Assembly (NCBI GenBank): GCA_964406475.1
Contig: CAYORS010000002.1
Coordinates: 1,598 to 65,597 of the forward strand
Direction of reading: 5' to 3'
DNA from: an uncultured Candidatus Saccharibacteria bacterium
GTDB lineage: Bacteria; Patescibacteriota; Minisyncoccia; Phycocordibacterales; CAIRYW01
Length of the DNA stretch: 64,000 nt
Shown here: one piece after another, positions 27,901-38,568 of the stretch
Numbering within the stretch: position 1 is the stretch's first letter
How the letters are laid out: each line of letters opens with the position of its first letter
Notes under the pieces: model-generated
Told to the model about the DNA's origin: nothing
The model's input: the letters and a program-made list of their open reading frames with translations, nothing else
The model's database searches: none
Program-made: the position numbers and the translations under genes

Positions 27901-27915
27901 TGTTATTTTAAGACT

Positions 27916-29991
27916 ATGAATGATTCGGTATTCAATATACAAAGTAAATATGCGCCAGCAGGAGATCAGCCTGGAGCTATCAAGTCACTCACCCAAGGTG
28001 TAAAAAAGGGTCTCAAACATCAAACTTTGCTCGGTGTTACTGGTAGTGGAAAGACATTTACTGTGGCAAACATAATCCAAAACATTGGTAAGCCAACACT
28101 TGTTATCGCTCATAACAAGACTCTCGCTGCACAGCTTGCTCAAGAGTATCGAGAATTCTTCCCCCACAACGCTGTTCATTATTTTGTCTCGTATTACGAC
28201 TATTATCAGCCAGAGGCATACATGAGTGCATCTGACACATATATCGAGAAGGAGGCTCAGATCAACGAAGAGATCGAGCGTCTTCGTCATGCTTCAACTC
28301 AAGCACTACTCACTCGCAAAGATGTCATTATTGTTGCATCAGTTTCTTGTATTTATGGACTCGGCTCCCCCAAAGAATACGAAAAAGTCAATCTCCGTAT
28401 TGATGTTGGTCAAAGGATTAGTCGCAATGATCTCGCTCGTAGATTTATTGATATCCACTTTGAGCGGACGACAGCCGATCTTTCGCCAGGTCAATTCCGT
28501 GCACTTGGAAATACGGTTGAGGTTATGCCGGTAAGTGAGCGAGTAATTTATAAAATTGATTTTAAAGGAGATGAAATTTTCCGAATATATAAAGTCGATG
28601 CGGTAACACGAGCCATTATTGAGGAACTCAATGTATTTTTCCTTTTTCCTGCAAAGCATTTCATTACAGACGAAGCGGGGCAGAAGCGTGCGATAGCAAG
28701 TATTGCAGACGAGCTCAAACAACGTCTTAGAGAACTCGAAAAACTAGGCAAGAATCTCGAAGCCGAGAGACTAAAGAGAAGAACTCAGTATGACCTCGCT
28801 ATGATACGAGAGGTGGGGTACTGTAACGGTATAGAAAACTATTCAAGGCATTTCTCAGACAAAAAGGCAGGTGAAGCTCCGGAGACATTGCTCTCATATT
28901 TTCCTCACAAGGCGGATGGGACACCTGATTTTCTAACTGTGATTGATGAGTCGCATGTCACAGTATCTCAGATAGGCGGGATGTATGCAGGTGATGCAAG
29001 TCGCAAGAAGAATCTCATCGACTTCGGATTTCGCCTCCCGTCTGCTGCAGACAACAGACCACTCAAGTTTGATGAGTTTGAGGCGAGAGTGGGTCAGACT
29101 ATTTACACCACAGCAACTCCGGGTAAATACGAAAAGGAAAAAAGTGAAAACATCGCGGAGCAAGTGATTCGTCCTACAGGACTTATTGATCCAGTGATAC
29201 TGGTCAAACCAGTAACTGAAAGTGGATTGTACAAAGGACAGATCCGTGACTTTATTGAAGAAGCGGAAAAGACTATCAAAAAAGGTTTTCGAGTGATAGC
29301 TACGACTCTCACCAAGAGAATGGCAGAAGATCTCTCAGAATTTTTGAAAGAAAAGAATATCAAGTCCGAGTACTTGCATAGTGATATTCAGACTCTCGAT
29401 AGAATCCAGATTCTTACTGAGTTTCGAAAAGGTAAATTTGATGTGCTCGTGGGTGTGAATCTCTTGCGAGAAGGTTTGGATCTCCCAGAGGTTGCACTTA
29501 TTGGTATCCTTGATGCTGATAAAGAGGGTTTTCTCCGTTCAGAAACTTCACTTATCCAAATCATCGGGCGAGCCGCTCGTAATATTGAGGGGCGAGTGAT
29601 TCTCTATGCAGACCATATGACAAAATCTCTCGAATACGCAATTAACGAGACTGCTCGACGAAGAAAGATTCAGATGGAATATAACGAGAAACATGGCATT
29701 ACTCCAAAGACAATCCTAAAGAGTATTAACGATATCACAGAGACAATTCAGTCTGAAAGAAAAAAGACAATTAATGATCTTCTGTCCGTAGACAGTGTAT
29801 TATTTGAGAAAGATCCAAAAAAATTTATTAAAGAAAAGGAGCGACAGATGGAAGAAGCGGTAGAGGAGCTTGATTTTGAAACCGCTGCGTTACTTCGAGA
29901 TGAGATATCCGAGCTACTTGAAAAGACTGGACTCGAGTCAAGTAGTTTTATACGTAAACCTAAAAAGTCAAATAAAAAATCCCTTCGTTAA
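27916..29991 (+). CDS. uvrB: Excinuclease ABC subunit B (UvrB)
   Basis: Starts MNDSVFNIQSKYAPAGDQP (compare E. coli …FKPSGDQP). Walker A GVTGSGKT. C-terminal UVR domain LDFETAALLRDEI. The track ORF starts upstream at 27832, but the conserved N-terminus fixes 27916. Confidence 0.92.
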   Translation: MNDSVFNIQSKYAPAGDQPGAIKSLTQGVKKGLKHQTLLGVTGSGKTFTVANIIQNIGKPTLVIAHNKTLAAQLAQEYREFFPHNAVHYFVSYYDYYQPEAYMSASDTYIEKEAQINEEIERLRHASTQALLTRKDVIIVASVSCIYGLGSPKEYEKVNLRIDVGQRISRNDLARRFIDIHFERTTADLSPGQFRALGNTVEVMPVSERVIYKIDFKGDEIFRIYKVDAVTRAIIEELNVFFLFPAKHFITDEAGQKRAIASIADELKQRLRELEKLGKNLEAERLKRRTQYDLAMIREVGYCNGIENYSRHFSDKKAGEAPETLLSYFPHKADGTPDFLTVIDESHVTVSQIGGMYAGDASRKKNLIDFGFRLPSAADNRPLKFDEFEARVGQTIYTTATPGKYEKEKSENIAEQVIRPTGLIDPVILVKPVTESGLYKGQIRDFIEEAEKTIKKGFRVIATTLTKRMAEDLSEFLKEKNIKSEYLHSDIQTLDRIQILTEFRKGKFDVLVGVNLLREGLDLPEVALIGILDADKEGFLRSETSLIQIIGRAARNIEGRVILYADHMTKSLEYAINETARRRKIQMEYNEKHGITPKTILKSINDITETIQSERKKTINDLLSVDSVLFEKDPKKFIKEKERQMEEAVEELDFETAALLRDEISELLEKTGLESSSFIRKPKKSNKKSLR

Positions 29992-30318
29992 GGAAGGGGG
30001 ATTCTCTTTATTGTTCTGCTTCGAGGGTGATAGTAGATTTGCCACTGCGACCTGTGTCCACACCCACACACACAACTCTCAGTCACGACACCTCTCTCAC
30101 CATCGTTGGGAGCTGGTTTGTATCCATGGACTCCAAACATGTATTTTCGACAAGAATGGCATCTATTGTCTTCGATGTGGTGATAGATCAGACGGATTGC
30201 CTTGTAGATGCAAATCCCTACAACGGCTATTAAAAGGAACGGGTTCATATTCAGACATATTTAATCATCTTTCTGACTTTTGTCAAATTCCTTATTTCCT
30301 GTTATAATTGCTTTTCAT

Positions 30319-32922
30319 ATGTCACATAAACACGTCAAAAAACTAGATAAAGATATTGAAAAGATTGTTGTCAAAGGTGCGCGGACACACAACCTCAAAA
30401 ACATAACCGTAGAAATGCCCCGTGGCAAAATGATTGCGGTCACAGGTCTTTCTGGCTCTGGTAAATCGTCTTTTGCCTTTGACACTGTATTTGCAGAGGG
30501 ACAGAGACGATATGTTGAATCACTCTCATCGTATGCACGGCAATTTCTCCGTCAGATGCAGAAGCCTGATGTAGACGAGATTACTGGGCTCTCACCAGCT
30601 ATTTCTATTGATCAGAAGTCTCGATCGAACAATCCTCGTTCGACTGTTGCAACAATTACTGAGATCTACGACTATTTACGTATTCTCTTTGCTCGTATCG
30701 GCAAACCTCATTGTCTCGAATGCGGACGAGAGATCAAGAAACTCTCAAAAGAAGAAATCTTTGAAACTATTGTAAATACGGTTAAACATATCGGTGATGA
30801 CAAATCAGCAAAAAAGGTTCTCGGTGTTGAAATAAGTGACCTCACTTTTAAGATATATTCTCCTATTGTTGTTGGTCGCAAGGGTGAGTACTATCAGATG
30901 CTTTATGATCTTTTAGGCAAAGGCTACGAGAGAGTTATGGTAGACGGAGTAGAGAAGAGTCTCCGAGAGAGAATCGAGCTTTCCAAGACCAAGAAACATG
31001 ATATTGATGTATTGGTTGACGAGTTTTACTTTACTGAGCTTCGTGATAACACACCGAGTTTCAAAGAACGTTTGAGTGAAGCGATAGAGAGAGTACTCCA
31101 CGAGTCAGATGGTCTCCTCCGTATCAAGACACCTCATGACAACCATCTCATCTCAAGTAAGTTTATGTGCCCTTATGATGGGTTCTCATATCCAGAAGTG
31201 GAGCCAAGACTTTTTTCATTTAACTCGCCTTATGGGGCATGTCCAGAATGTAATGGACTAGGGACTCGAGAATTTTTTGTAAACGAGTTGTGCAAGGTCT
31301 GTAATGGAGCACGACTACGACCAGAAGCACTCAATGTGCTTATTGGTGATAATGGACTCAACATTGTAAAAATGGTGGCGATGTCAATCAAGGATGCGAC
31401 AATTTTTTTCGATTCACTTGAACTCTCAGAAAAAGAACAAGAAATTTCAAAAGTAGTAGTCAAGGAGATCCAGGCTCGACTCAAATTTATGGTCAATGTT
31501 GGTATCGAATATCTCTCTCTTGATCGGCGTGCCAACACACTCTCTGGCGGTGAGGCTCAGCGTATACGACTCGCATCACAGCTCGGTAGTGGACTTGTTG
31601 GGGCACTCTACGTGCTTGATGAGCCTACAATAGGACTCCATCAGAGAGATAATGACAGACTCATTAAGACATTGCTCCATCTCCGTGATCTCGGTAACAC
31701 AATACTTGTCGTCGAGCACGATGAGGATACTATGTTTGCATCTGATTTTATCGTCGACATTGGTCCTGGTGCGGGCGTTCATGGGGGTAATGTAGTGGTC
31801 TCCGGGTATCTCGATGAGCTCATTACTACAAAGAAGAATGAATCAGATTCACTCACGCTATCATACCTTCGTGGTGAGAACACGGTGGAAATACCAGATG
31901 AGAGGCGAGAACAAGACAAAGGTAAGCTGAAGATTGCGGGGGGCAAAATATTTAATATTACAAATCTAAACGTAGAGATTCCTCTCGGACGTCTCGTGAC
32001 TGTGACTGGTGTGTCAGGTTCGGGCAAGTCATCATTCGTCTATGAAATAGTCCACAAAAACCTCCAAGCGCGACTTGAGCGTAAGCACAGGACAGCCGAG
32101 ACATTTAACTGCACATCGTTTAGTGGCACAGAGTATGTGAGTCGTGCAATCCTCATCGATCAGTCTCCAATCGGGAGAACTCCTCGCTCAAACCCTGTGA
32201 CGTATACGGGTGCGTGGACTCATATCCGAGATCTCTTTGCAGCGACGAGTGAGGCGCGTGTGAGAGGGTGGAACGCTGGACGCTTTTCTTTCAATAGGAA
32301 GGGTGGCCGCTGTGAGACATGTGAAGGTAACGGAATGATAGAAGTGGAGATGCATTTTTTGCCGACTGTGTATGTGACATGTGATGTCTGTAATGGCAAG
32401 AGATTTATGAAAGAAACACTCGAAATCAAATACAAGAAAAAGAGTATCTACGATGTGCTCGAGATGACTATCGAGGAAGCTCTCGAATTCTTCAATGATA
32501 TCCCAGCAGTATATGATCGACTGAGGACCTTGAGTGAAGTGGGTCTTGGTTATATTAAGCTCGGACAGAGTGCAACAACTCTCTCTGGCGGTGAGGCACA
32601 ACGAGTAAAGATTTCCTCTGAGCTTTACAGGAGTCATGTACAGAAAACTATATATCTCCTCGATGAGCCGACTGTAGGACTCCATTATGACGACGTGAAG
32701 AAACTCATTGAAATCCTCCAGACACTCGTAAACAAGGGTAATACCGTAATGGTCATTGAACACAATATGGATCTCATCAAATGCTCTGATTATATTATTG
32801 ATATTGGTCCCGATGGTGGAGAGGGAGGAGGTCAGCTTGTTGCCAAAGGTACACCTGAAGAAGTGGCGAATAACAAAAAGTCATATACAGGACAGTATTT
32901 GAAGAAGATACTTGGTAAATAG
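30319..32922 (+). CDS. uvrA: Excinuclease ABC subunit A (UvrA)
   Basis: Two ABC modules ([18 protein letters not shown]) and zinc-finger Cys motifs. TGTTATAAT lies 10 nt upstream of the ATG at 30319. Confidence 0.92.
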   Translation: MSHKHVKKLDKDIEKIVVKGARTHNLKNITVEMPRGKMIAVTGLSGSGKSSFAFDTVFAEGQRRYVESLSSYARQFLRQMQKPDVDEITGLSPAISIDQKSRSNNPRSTVATITEIYDYLRILFARIGKPHCLECGREIKKLSKEEIFETIVNTVKHIGDDKSAKKVLGVEISDLTFKIYSPIVVGRKGEYYQMLYDLLGKGYERVMVDGVEKSLRERIELSKTKKHDIDVLVDEFYFTELRDNTPSFKERLSEAIERVLHESDGLLRIKTPHDNHLISSKFMCPYDGFSYPEVEPRLFSFNSPYGACPECNGLGTREFFVNELCKVCNGARLRPEALNVLIGDNGLNIVKMVAMSIKDATIFFDSLELSEKEQEISKVVVKEIQARLKFMVNVGIEYLSLDRRANTLSGGEAQRIRLASQLGSGLVGALYVLDEPTIGLHQRDNDRLIKTLLHLRDLGNTILVVEHDEDTMFASDFIVDIGPGAGVHGGNVVVSGYLDELITTKKNESDSLTLSYLRGENTVEIPDERREQDKGKLKIAGGKIFNITNLNVEIPLGRLVTVTGVSGSGKSSFVYEIVHKNLQARLERKHRTAETFNCTSFSGTEYVSRAILIDQSPIGRTPRSNPVTYTGAWTHIRDLFAATSEARVRGWNAGRFSFNRKGGRCETCEGNGMIEVEMHFLPTVYVTCDVCNGKRFMKETLEIKYKKKSIYDVLEMTIEEALEFFNDIPAVYDRLRTLSEVGLGYIKLGQSATTLSGGEAQRVKISSELYRSHVQKTIYLLDEPTVGLHYDDVKKLIEILQTLVNKGNTVMVIEHNMDLIKCSDYIIDIGPDGGEGGGQLVAKGTPEEVANNKKSYTGQYLKKILGK

Positions 32923-32982
32923 TGATAGAGAGATTTGTTAATAGAGTATATAATATTTATATACTAGACTGTCATTAATATT

Positions 32983-33405
32983 ATGAATATTTATTTAAAG
33001 ATTTTTATATGGATTGTTGTTCTGCTTCTCGTAGTTTTGGGTGTTGTGTTTTTTGCTACGAGGAAAGTTGTCGCTGCCGGAGATAAGTTCGTTGGTTTGC
33101 TTGCGACAAATACAGAAGAAAGTGTCCATGCGTCATATGATTTGCTCACATCAAATGTCAAGGCAGGTCTTGCATTTGAGGGGTATACAAATATATTTAA
33201 CGGCAAGATTTCTTCTGCTATCATTCCTCCAGCAACATGGATGTCTCGTAGAGTGACTTATGAGGGAGGTTCGCTTCTCGGAGAATTAAAAGGAGTCTTG
33301 GTCTTGGAAGATGGTAATAAAAAGTCTATCGAGCTTGAGCTTCGTAAGGAGAATGGCGAGTGGAAGATCAGTTATTTAGCGATCAAAGAAATTGAAGGTC
33401 AATAG
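32983..33405 (+). CDS. Membrane-anchored hypothetical protein
   Basis: N-terminal TM followed by a ~110-aa soluble domain. No motifs recognised. Confidence 0.45.
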   Translation: MNIYLKIFIWIVVLLLVVLGVVFFATRKVVAAGDKFVGLLATNTEESVHASYDLLTSNVKAGLAFEGYTNIFNGKISSAIIPPATWMSRRVTYEGGSLLGELKGVLVLEDGNKKSIELELRKENGEWKISYLAIKEIEGQ

Positions 33406-33408
33406 AGT

Positions 33409-33451
33409 TTTATAAAATAAAAAACCTCATTCTTCTCTTGGAAGAGTGAGG
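33409..33451. terminator. Hairpin CCTCATTCTTC-TCTTG-GAAGAGTGAGG preceded by an A-rich run
   Basis: Read directly; likely serves the minus-strand gene 33466-33810. Confidence 0.45.
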
Positions 33452-33465
33452 GTGTGGACCTCTGG

Positions 33466-33810
33466 TTACCCGATCCTATCTCGCCTCGGAAGAACTGAAC
33501 AGAACAAAGGAAAGGCGATCGCGAATAGGATGTTCGACCAGATGACGAAGCTCATCATCTGGGTTCCATTCGCTTTAATTTGCTCTGGTGTGGGTAGTAG
33601 GTGCCACATATAGTAGCTCCTTACAGTCCACGCAAGACATAATGCTGACTTGCCCCGCCATGTATCGGCATAGTCAGTTAGGAAGTAAAGCCCAAGAAGT
33701 AGTGGTAGCCCGAAGTAGACCAGGTCTACGACTTTGTTAATGCCCGCTACAAAGCTGTAGGGGATGAGGATTACCAAGATGATTGCTACAGGAACAAGGT
33801 TATTTTTCAT
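33466..33810 (-). CDS. Small integral membrane protein
   Basis: 114 aa with three predicted TM segments. Confidence 0.45.
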   Translation of the reverse strand: MKNNLVPVAIILVILIPYSFVAGINKVVDLVYFGLPLLLGLYFLTDYADTWRGKSALCLAWTVRSYYMWHLLPTPEQIKANGTQMMSFVIWSNILFAIAFPLFCSVLPRRDRIG

Positions 33811-33926
33811 AGAACAGGATGAGTTGAAGTGTTAAAGAACCATTATATATTATATTACATTTAACTCATAATGTCAATATTTATATCTGTCATTGCATTT
33901 ACCCTTTGTTTTATTAATATATACCC

Positions 33927-35234
33927 ATGACCCTCGATGATTACAAAAAACTCAATCTTCCAGACACCCCAGGTGTCTATTTCTTCTTGAACAAGCAGAA
34001 AAAGATTCTCTATATAGGTAAAGCGACATCACTCCATGATCGTGTGCGGAGCTATTTTTCGTCTGACCTTGTATCTACTCGAGGTAAATTTATAGTAAAG
34101 ATGGTAGAAGAAGCCTACACAATCGACCATAAGACGACAGATTCTGTCCTAGAGGCACTCCTTCTTGAGGCAGATCTCATCAAGAAATTCAGACCGACAT
34201 ATAATACAAAAGAGAAGGACGACAAGAGTTTTCTCTGTATTGCTATTACCAAAGAGAATTTTCCTCGAGTTATCACTATCCGCAAAAAAGATATCGAAAG
34301 CTCTCGATATCTTGCGGTCTATGGTCCATATACAAGCGGGACACAGCTCAAGGAAGCGCTCAGGATAATCAGAAAGATTTTCCCTTATGCAGATGAGAAA
34401 TGCACAGGTCCTAAGTCAGTCCAGGAGCTGGCGGACAAAAGGCAACCTGCTCGCCATGCTGTGCTTGGCAAGTCTTTGGCAGGCGGGAAATCAAAGATAG
34501 GTAACAGGGCGTGCTTCAACTATTCAATAGGACTCTGTCCTGGGGTGTGTGTTGGTGCTGTGACTAAACAGGAATATGCAAAGACAATCCGTCATTTAAG
34601 GACTCTCCTTGAGGGTAAGGTGACCAAGCTTGTGAAAGATCTTGAGAAAGAAATGAATGTATGTGCAAAAGCTAGAGAGTTTGAAAAGGCAAGTAGTATA
34701 AAGAATAAAATTTATGCTCTCACACATATACATGATATATCACTCATCAAGAATGATTATGTTGGCAGCAACAAACCATCTTCGAATGCATTCCGCATAG
34801 AATCTTATGATATCGCACACATGGCAGGTGGAAGTATGGTAGGGGTTATGACTGTGGTAACCGATGGTGAAGTAGACAAGAGTCAGTATCGCAAGTTCAA
34901 AATAGAAAGTGTGAAAGTATCAAATGACACCAAAGCCTTGAGTGAAGTATTGGAGCGCAGACTCAAGCATAGTGAGTGGCAGATGCCGAGCCTTATTGTT
35001 GTTGACGGTGGGACTGCACAGCTTAATGTTATGAACACAGTACTCGATGCACACAACCTCACTATACCTGTAGTGTCTGTCCAAAAGGATGAGCGACATC
35101 AACCCAAGGATATACTTGGTGATCAGACACTTGCCATCAGATATCGAAAGGATATCTTGCTTTCCAATGCCGAGGCACACAGATTTGCAATTGGGTATCA
35201 TAAGAAACTTAGAACAAAGAAATTTTTAAGCTAA
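33927..35234 (+). CDS. uvrC: Excinuclease ABC subunit C (UvrC), short form without the C-terminal (HhH)2 domain
   Basis: GIY-YIG (GVYFFLNKQKKILYIGKA). UVR domain (…ARE FEKASSIKNKIY). RNase H-like endonuclease domain (ESYDIAHMAGG). Confidence 0.8.
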   Translation: MTLDDYKKLNLPDTPGVYFFLNKQKKILYIGKATSLHDRVRSYFSSDLVSTRGKFIVKMVEEAYTIDHKTTDSVLEALLLEADLIKKFRPTYNTKEKDDKSFLCIAITKENFPRVITIRKKDIESSRYLAVYGPYTSGTQLKEALRIIRKIFPYADEKCTGPKSVQELADKRQPARHAVLGKSLAGGKSKIGNRACFNYSIGLCPGVCVGAVTKQEYAKTIRHLRTLLEGKVTKLVKDLEKEMNVCAKAREFEKASSIKNKIYALTHIHDISLIKNDYVGSNKPSSNAFRIESYDIAHMAGGSMVGVMTVVTDGEVDKSQYRKFKIESVKVSNDTKALSEVLERRLKHSEWQMPSLIVVDGGTAQLNVMNTVLDAHNLTIPVVSVQKDERHQPKDILGDQTLAIRYRKDILLSNAEAHRFAIGYHKKLRTKKFLS

Positions 35235-35811
35235 AGACTAAAAAAAATTCAGAATTTTAAAATAAAAAACCACAAGCGGATTAGGCTTGGGGTATTGAGA
35301 ATAGGTCTTTGAATCTTGCTTTGCAATCCTTGGGATTAAGGATGAAGTATGCACCAACAAGGATGCAAATTCCACCGCATTTTACGGCCAAGATCAGGAT
35401 ACTCCATACCACTCTGGATGATCCAAGTGGAATTGGATTGACTCAAAGCTCGCCATTAGGAGGAAGGCGAATAGGAATAGTGATAAGGCGAGGAGTAGTC
35501 TCCCGATGAAAAGAACAGTTTTCATAAGCTAGTGAGAATATACCAATAAAATGAAGGTCTTGCAAACCAAATAATAAGATCAGTAATATTGAAAAATAAA
35601 AAAACTAAGGATCAAATCCCTAGTTTAGGTATCAAATTCTGATTGAATAGGGCTTTGCCTCCCAGACATATCGCTATAAATGCGACGACAAATGTTCCCG
35701 GAAGTTCTGGCAATGCCTCATAGATTGCTTTTGCCCATGGGTAATACATGAGTGCAGACCCACAGAGTAATCTCAGTGCAATGTTTATAACTTCCGATAT
35801 TGTACCACAGA

Positions 35812-36174
35812 CTACTTATGTTTGAGTGTCAGCGCGTGATAGTGTACGTGACCTGGGATACTTAATTTTGAGACACCTTCGAGGAGATAATCGTATTTCT
35901 GATCTTTCATGTAGGTGTTTTTGATTTCGCAGAGCTCCTGATACTCCGCCTCTGTGAGCTCATTGTTTTTGATATGCCTTATTGGAAATAGGATGTGGCA
36001 CGTTTCAGCCACTTCGTCATAGGGAAAATCGTTCTCTATCATGACAAAGTTTGCAAATTTTTTTACCAGTCTTTGTCGTTTTGGATCACAGAAGAAACAT
36101 CCTCCGTCATTGAGTCTGTTTTTGATTGACTCAATATATCGGGTTTCTGTTTCTTTTGTGCGGAGGCTCTGCAT
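35812..36174 (-). CDS. HIT-family (histidine triad) nucleotide hydrolase-like protein
   Basis: C-terminal HVHYH triad motif. Confidence 0.55.
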   Translation of the reverse strand: MQSLRTKETETRYIESIKNRLNDGGCFFCDPKRQRLVKKFANFVMIENDFPYDEVAETCHILFPIRHIKNNELTEAEYQELCEIKNTYMKDQKYDYLLEGVSKLSIPGHVHYHALTLKHK

Positions 36175-36177
36175 AGT

Positions 36178-36627
36178 TTATGCAAATAGGCTATCTACTA
36201 CTTCTTTCACATCAGCTCCGTCTGCTTGACCTTTGAGTTCTTTCATTACTGCTCCTGTAAGTATTCCTGCTTTAGATTTATCAGTGATACCCATTTCTGC
36301 CTTTTTCGCTTCTGCGACTTTGAGGATATCTTCTTTACTTGTTGCCTTTGGGAGGAGAGTTTCTATAACCTTAAGTTCTGCTTGTTCAGCTTCTGCGAGC
36401 TCTGGGCGTCCACCCTTTTCGAATTGTTCGATAGAGTCCTTTCTCTGCTTGGCGAGTCTTTTGAGTACTACCATTGCCTCTTCGTCTGTGAGCATGTCTT
36501 GAGGAGTTTTGCCTTTTGCCATTACTTCACTTGTAAATGCGGCTGAGATGCCACGGTAGACATTGAGTGAGAGTGTATCTTTAGCAATCATTGATTCTTT
36601 AATTTTTGCTTTGATTTGTTCGTGCAT
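36178..36627 (-). CDS. GatB/YqeY-domain protein
   Basis: 149 aa all-helical protein with the YqeY-like pattern (…LKRLAKQRKDSIEQFEKGGRPELAEAEQAEL…). Confidence 0.6.
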   Translation of the reverse strand: MHEQIKAKIKESMIAKDTLSLNVYRGISAAFTSEVMAKGKTPQDMLTDEEAMVVLKRLAKQRKDSIEQFEKGGRPELAEAEQAELKVIETLLPKATSKEDILKVAEAKKAEMGITDKSKAGILTGAVMKELKGQADGADVKEVVDSLFA

Positions 36628-36656
36628 GGGATTTAAATATTAAAATAAAAATAATT

Positions 36657-36913
36657 CACTAAAATCTTCATATCAGGTCTTCGCGTAGACTTAACTTGCG
36701 AAACGATAGTGCGCGGAAATACGGATGATGTTATCAACTTGATTTAACCTTTTCTTTGTAAAAATAAATGAGTTGCTGGAAAGTTTGTGAACAAAACCTG
36801 AAACCATTCGCTGCTATCTACATAATTTAATTCGCTTTAACGCTACAACTGCCGGGGCCGTTTAAGTGTTTCTTTGTACCACATCGACAGGCACTGATAT
36901 GAAGATTTTAATG
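36657..36913. repeat. 257-bp element bounded by 20-bp terminal inverted repeats (CACTAAAATCTTCATATCAG … CTGATATGAAGATTTTAATG); candidate MITE or structured RNA
   Basis: 19/20 complementary ends, read directly. Lies in the divergent yqeY/rmuC intergenic region. Confidence 0.45.
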
Positions 36914-36979
36914 AACTATGACCATTATATCATATTACCCTTAATGTCAAATTTCCTTTTGCTGTGAATTTGGTTTAAA

Positions 36980-38065
36980 ATGATAGGTATGGATACAACT
37001 TCAATATTACTAATAGTCATCGCATTACTCATCGTTGCAAACATCTTGTTTGTTGTTATCGGTGGCAAAAAGAAGACCGAAGACAAAGATGATCATATCG
37101 GCTTTAAGCTCCTTCTTGAGCAAATGAACTCACTTCAGAGGGTTGTTGATGAAAAAATGCGTGATTCAACAGTGATGGTGCAGGATTCTATGAAAACACA
37201 GTTTAGTGAATCAGCAAAGATTATCAAAGAAGTAACAGAAGGACTCACTAAGCTTGATGAGACCAACAGGCAGGTGGTGTCATTTGCTGATCAGCTCCAA
37301 AGCCTTCAAGATATTTTGAAGAATCCAAAGCAGAGAGGTATTCTTGGTGAATACTATCTCGAGACTCTACTCAAAAATGTTTTGCCTGCAGGATCATACG
37401 AGATGCAATACAAAATGGGCAAGAACGATAATGGAGATGATCTTATTCCGGATGCTGTTGTGTTCGTCAAGGACAAGATTATTCCTGTTGATTCAAAATT
37501 CTCACTCGAAAACTACAATCGAATAATTGAAGAAAAAAATGAAGTGGAAAGAGAAAAGCTTGAAAAGCTCTTTGTAAACGATCTCAAAAACAGAATTGTC
37601 GAAACATCAAAATACATCCAACCATCGAAGGGTACAATGGATTTCGCTATGATGTTTATTCCGCACGAGTCTATTTACTATGATCTTATCATCAACAAGA
37701 TTGGTGCACTCAAAGATGATAATGAGAATCTCATTCAGCGTGCAGCGAGCAAATATCACGTAATCATAGTCTCTCCTACATCATTCCTTGCGTATCTCCA
37801 GACAGTGCTCCAAGGTCTTAAGGCAATGCAGATAGAGGATAATGTCAAAGATGTTATAAAGAGAGTAAGTGAGTTGGTAACACATCTCAAGCGTTATTCA
37901 GAAATTCATGAGAAGCTCGGGACAAGTATTGGTACCGTCGTCAGCCATTTCAATGCATCATCAAAAGAATTCAAAAAAATTGATAAAGATGTGATGCGTA
38001 TTACAGACAAAGAGCAAGAGATTGGAATCGATATTCAGCTTATTGATAAACCAGAGGAGGAATAA
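36980..38065 (+). CDS. rmuC: DNA recombination protein RmuC
   Basis: N-terminal TM, long coiled-coil, and a C-terminal RmuC nuclease-like region (…FAMMFIPHESIYYD…). Confidence 0.75.
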   Translation: MIGMDTTSILLIVIALLIVANILFVVIGGKKKTEDKDDHIGFKLLLEQMNSLQRVVDEKMRDSTVMVQDSMKTQFSESAKIIKEVTEGLTKLDETNRQVVSFADQLQSLQDILKNPKQRGILGEYYLETLLKNVLPAGSYEMQYKMGKNDNGDDLIPDAVVFVKDKIIPVDSKFSLENYNRIIEEKNEVEREKLEKLFVNDLKNRIVETSKYIQPSKGTMDFAMMFIPHESIYYDLIINKIGALKDDNENLIQRAASKYHVIIVSPTSFLAYLQTVLQGLKAMQIEDNVKDVIKRVSELVTHLKRYSEIHEKLGTSIGTVVSHFNASSKEFKKIDKDVMRITDKEQEIGIDIQLIDKPEEE

Positions 38066-38067
38066 AA

Positions 38068-38529
38068 ATGAAAATTCTTTTTGTCTGTAAAGGTAATATG
38101 TTTCGTTCACAGATGGCAGAAGCTATTGCTGGGCAAATCATTGGGCAAGAAAATGTCATGTCTGCAGGGACATATACAGGCGCACTAGATGAGCCTGAAG
38201 GATTGGTGTTAAAGAATCTCTCTACGATATATAAATCAGGGTATCAGTGCTTTGATAACTTTTTAGAATTTATGAGTCAAAAAGGTCTTGATATTGGTAA
38301 TAATAAAACTAAAAAAGTGACAGATTCAATGATATCTTGGGCGGATGTGGTTGTTGATATGGCAGAAGATTCATTTAATCCTGATTTTCTCAAATCCAAT
38401 CCAAAAGTTGTTCATTGGGATATTGAAAACAACGCTTCAAAATTCGATGTTGTGTATCCTGATCTTTTCCAAAGAATAAGAGAACTTGTAAGTCAAAGAA
38501 AAAATGATTTTGAGAAGCTGAAGAGATGA
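38068..38529 (+). CDS. Low-molecular-weight protein-tyrosine phosphatase / ArsC-like (LMW-PTP family)
   Basis: CX5R P-loop: ILFVCKGNMFRSQMAEA. Confidence 0.7.
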   Translation: MKILFVCKGNMFRSQMAEAIAGQIIGQENVMSAGTYTGALDEPEGLVLKNLSTIYKSGYQCFDNFLEFMSQKGLDIGNNKTKKVTDSMISWADVVVDMAEDSFNPDFLKSNPKVVHWDIENNASKFDVVYPDLFQRIRELVSQRKNDFEKLKR

Positions 38530-38568
38530 ATTAATATTTTGATTTATGGGTTGCTAGATTTTTAGGTA

